DNA of 63,889 bases, the filler included, from Octopus bimaculoides (taxonomy: Eukaryota), in the NCBI RefSeq assembly GCF_001194135.2. It is 6 parts of 6 records of this genome, joined end to end, with 100 filler letters (N's around TTAATTAATTAA, not from the genome) between each part and the next. Parts side by side here need not be neighbours in the genome. Positions count along the whole stretch, not along the records: positions 61,413 to 63,889 come from NC_069005.1; 5 more parts are not named here. One strand, given 5' to 3'. The first letter of the stretch is position 1; the number at the start of each line of letters is the position of its first letter. This document shows positions 63,848 through 63,889 of this stretch, one piece after another. Made by a program: the position numbers and the translations under genes. The notes under the pieces were generated by a model, which had not been told where the DNA came from, made no database searches, and saw only the letters and a list, made by a program, of their open reading frames with translations.

Positions 63848-63889
63848 GGAGAATATACAAATAATAACAACAGACGAGGACAGGTGGTG
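63848..63889 (+). repeat. Start of the same terminal repeat seen at 61270-61312 (probable Penelope pLTR)
   Basis: gggagaa...aacagacga(g/a)g(a/g)caggtggtg in both places. Confidence 0.6.

Overview
Eukaryotic, AT-rich, gapped draft-assembly DNA. It is almost certainly a cephalopod (Octopus-like), inferred from the tRNA-derived SINE families, (GAT)n-tailed RTE LINEs and very dense (TA)n/(CA)n/(GATA)n microsatellites. I find no intact host gene and only one plausible small first coding exon (47491-47543, minus strand). About 2-44 kb is a nested transposon graveyard: Tc1, two RTE families, CR1, mariner relics, three R4/Dong pieces, Penelope-like elements, a Chapaev3-type CMC transposon with intact TIRs and TSD, an internally deleted Helitron, and several Tx1/L1-clade pieces. 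About 44-54 kb is mostly microsatellite and gaps. The most interesting structure is a head-to-tail array (38.0-40.6 kb, minus strand) of Tx1-like elements. At least one unit carries only ORF1 (gag-like, CCHC knuckle) followed directly by a LINE-type 3' tail. That tail motif is shared with two ORF2-encoding Tx1-like copies and with one SINE, suggesting an autonomous LINE / ORF1-only parasite / SINE trio. Other notable items: a Tx1-like LINE that can be rebuilt by removing the Helitron, an RTE copy with twin-priming geometry, a minimal hammerhead ribozyme beside Penelope termini, and several long near-perfect palindromes. Family names come from recalled motifs, not database searches.
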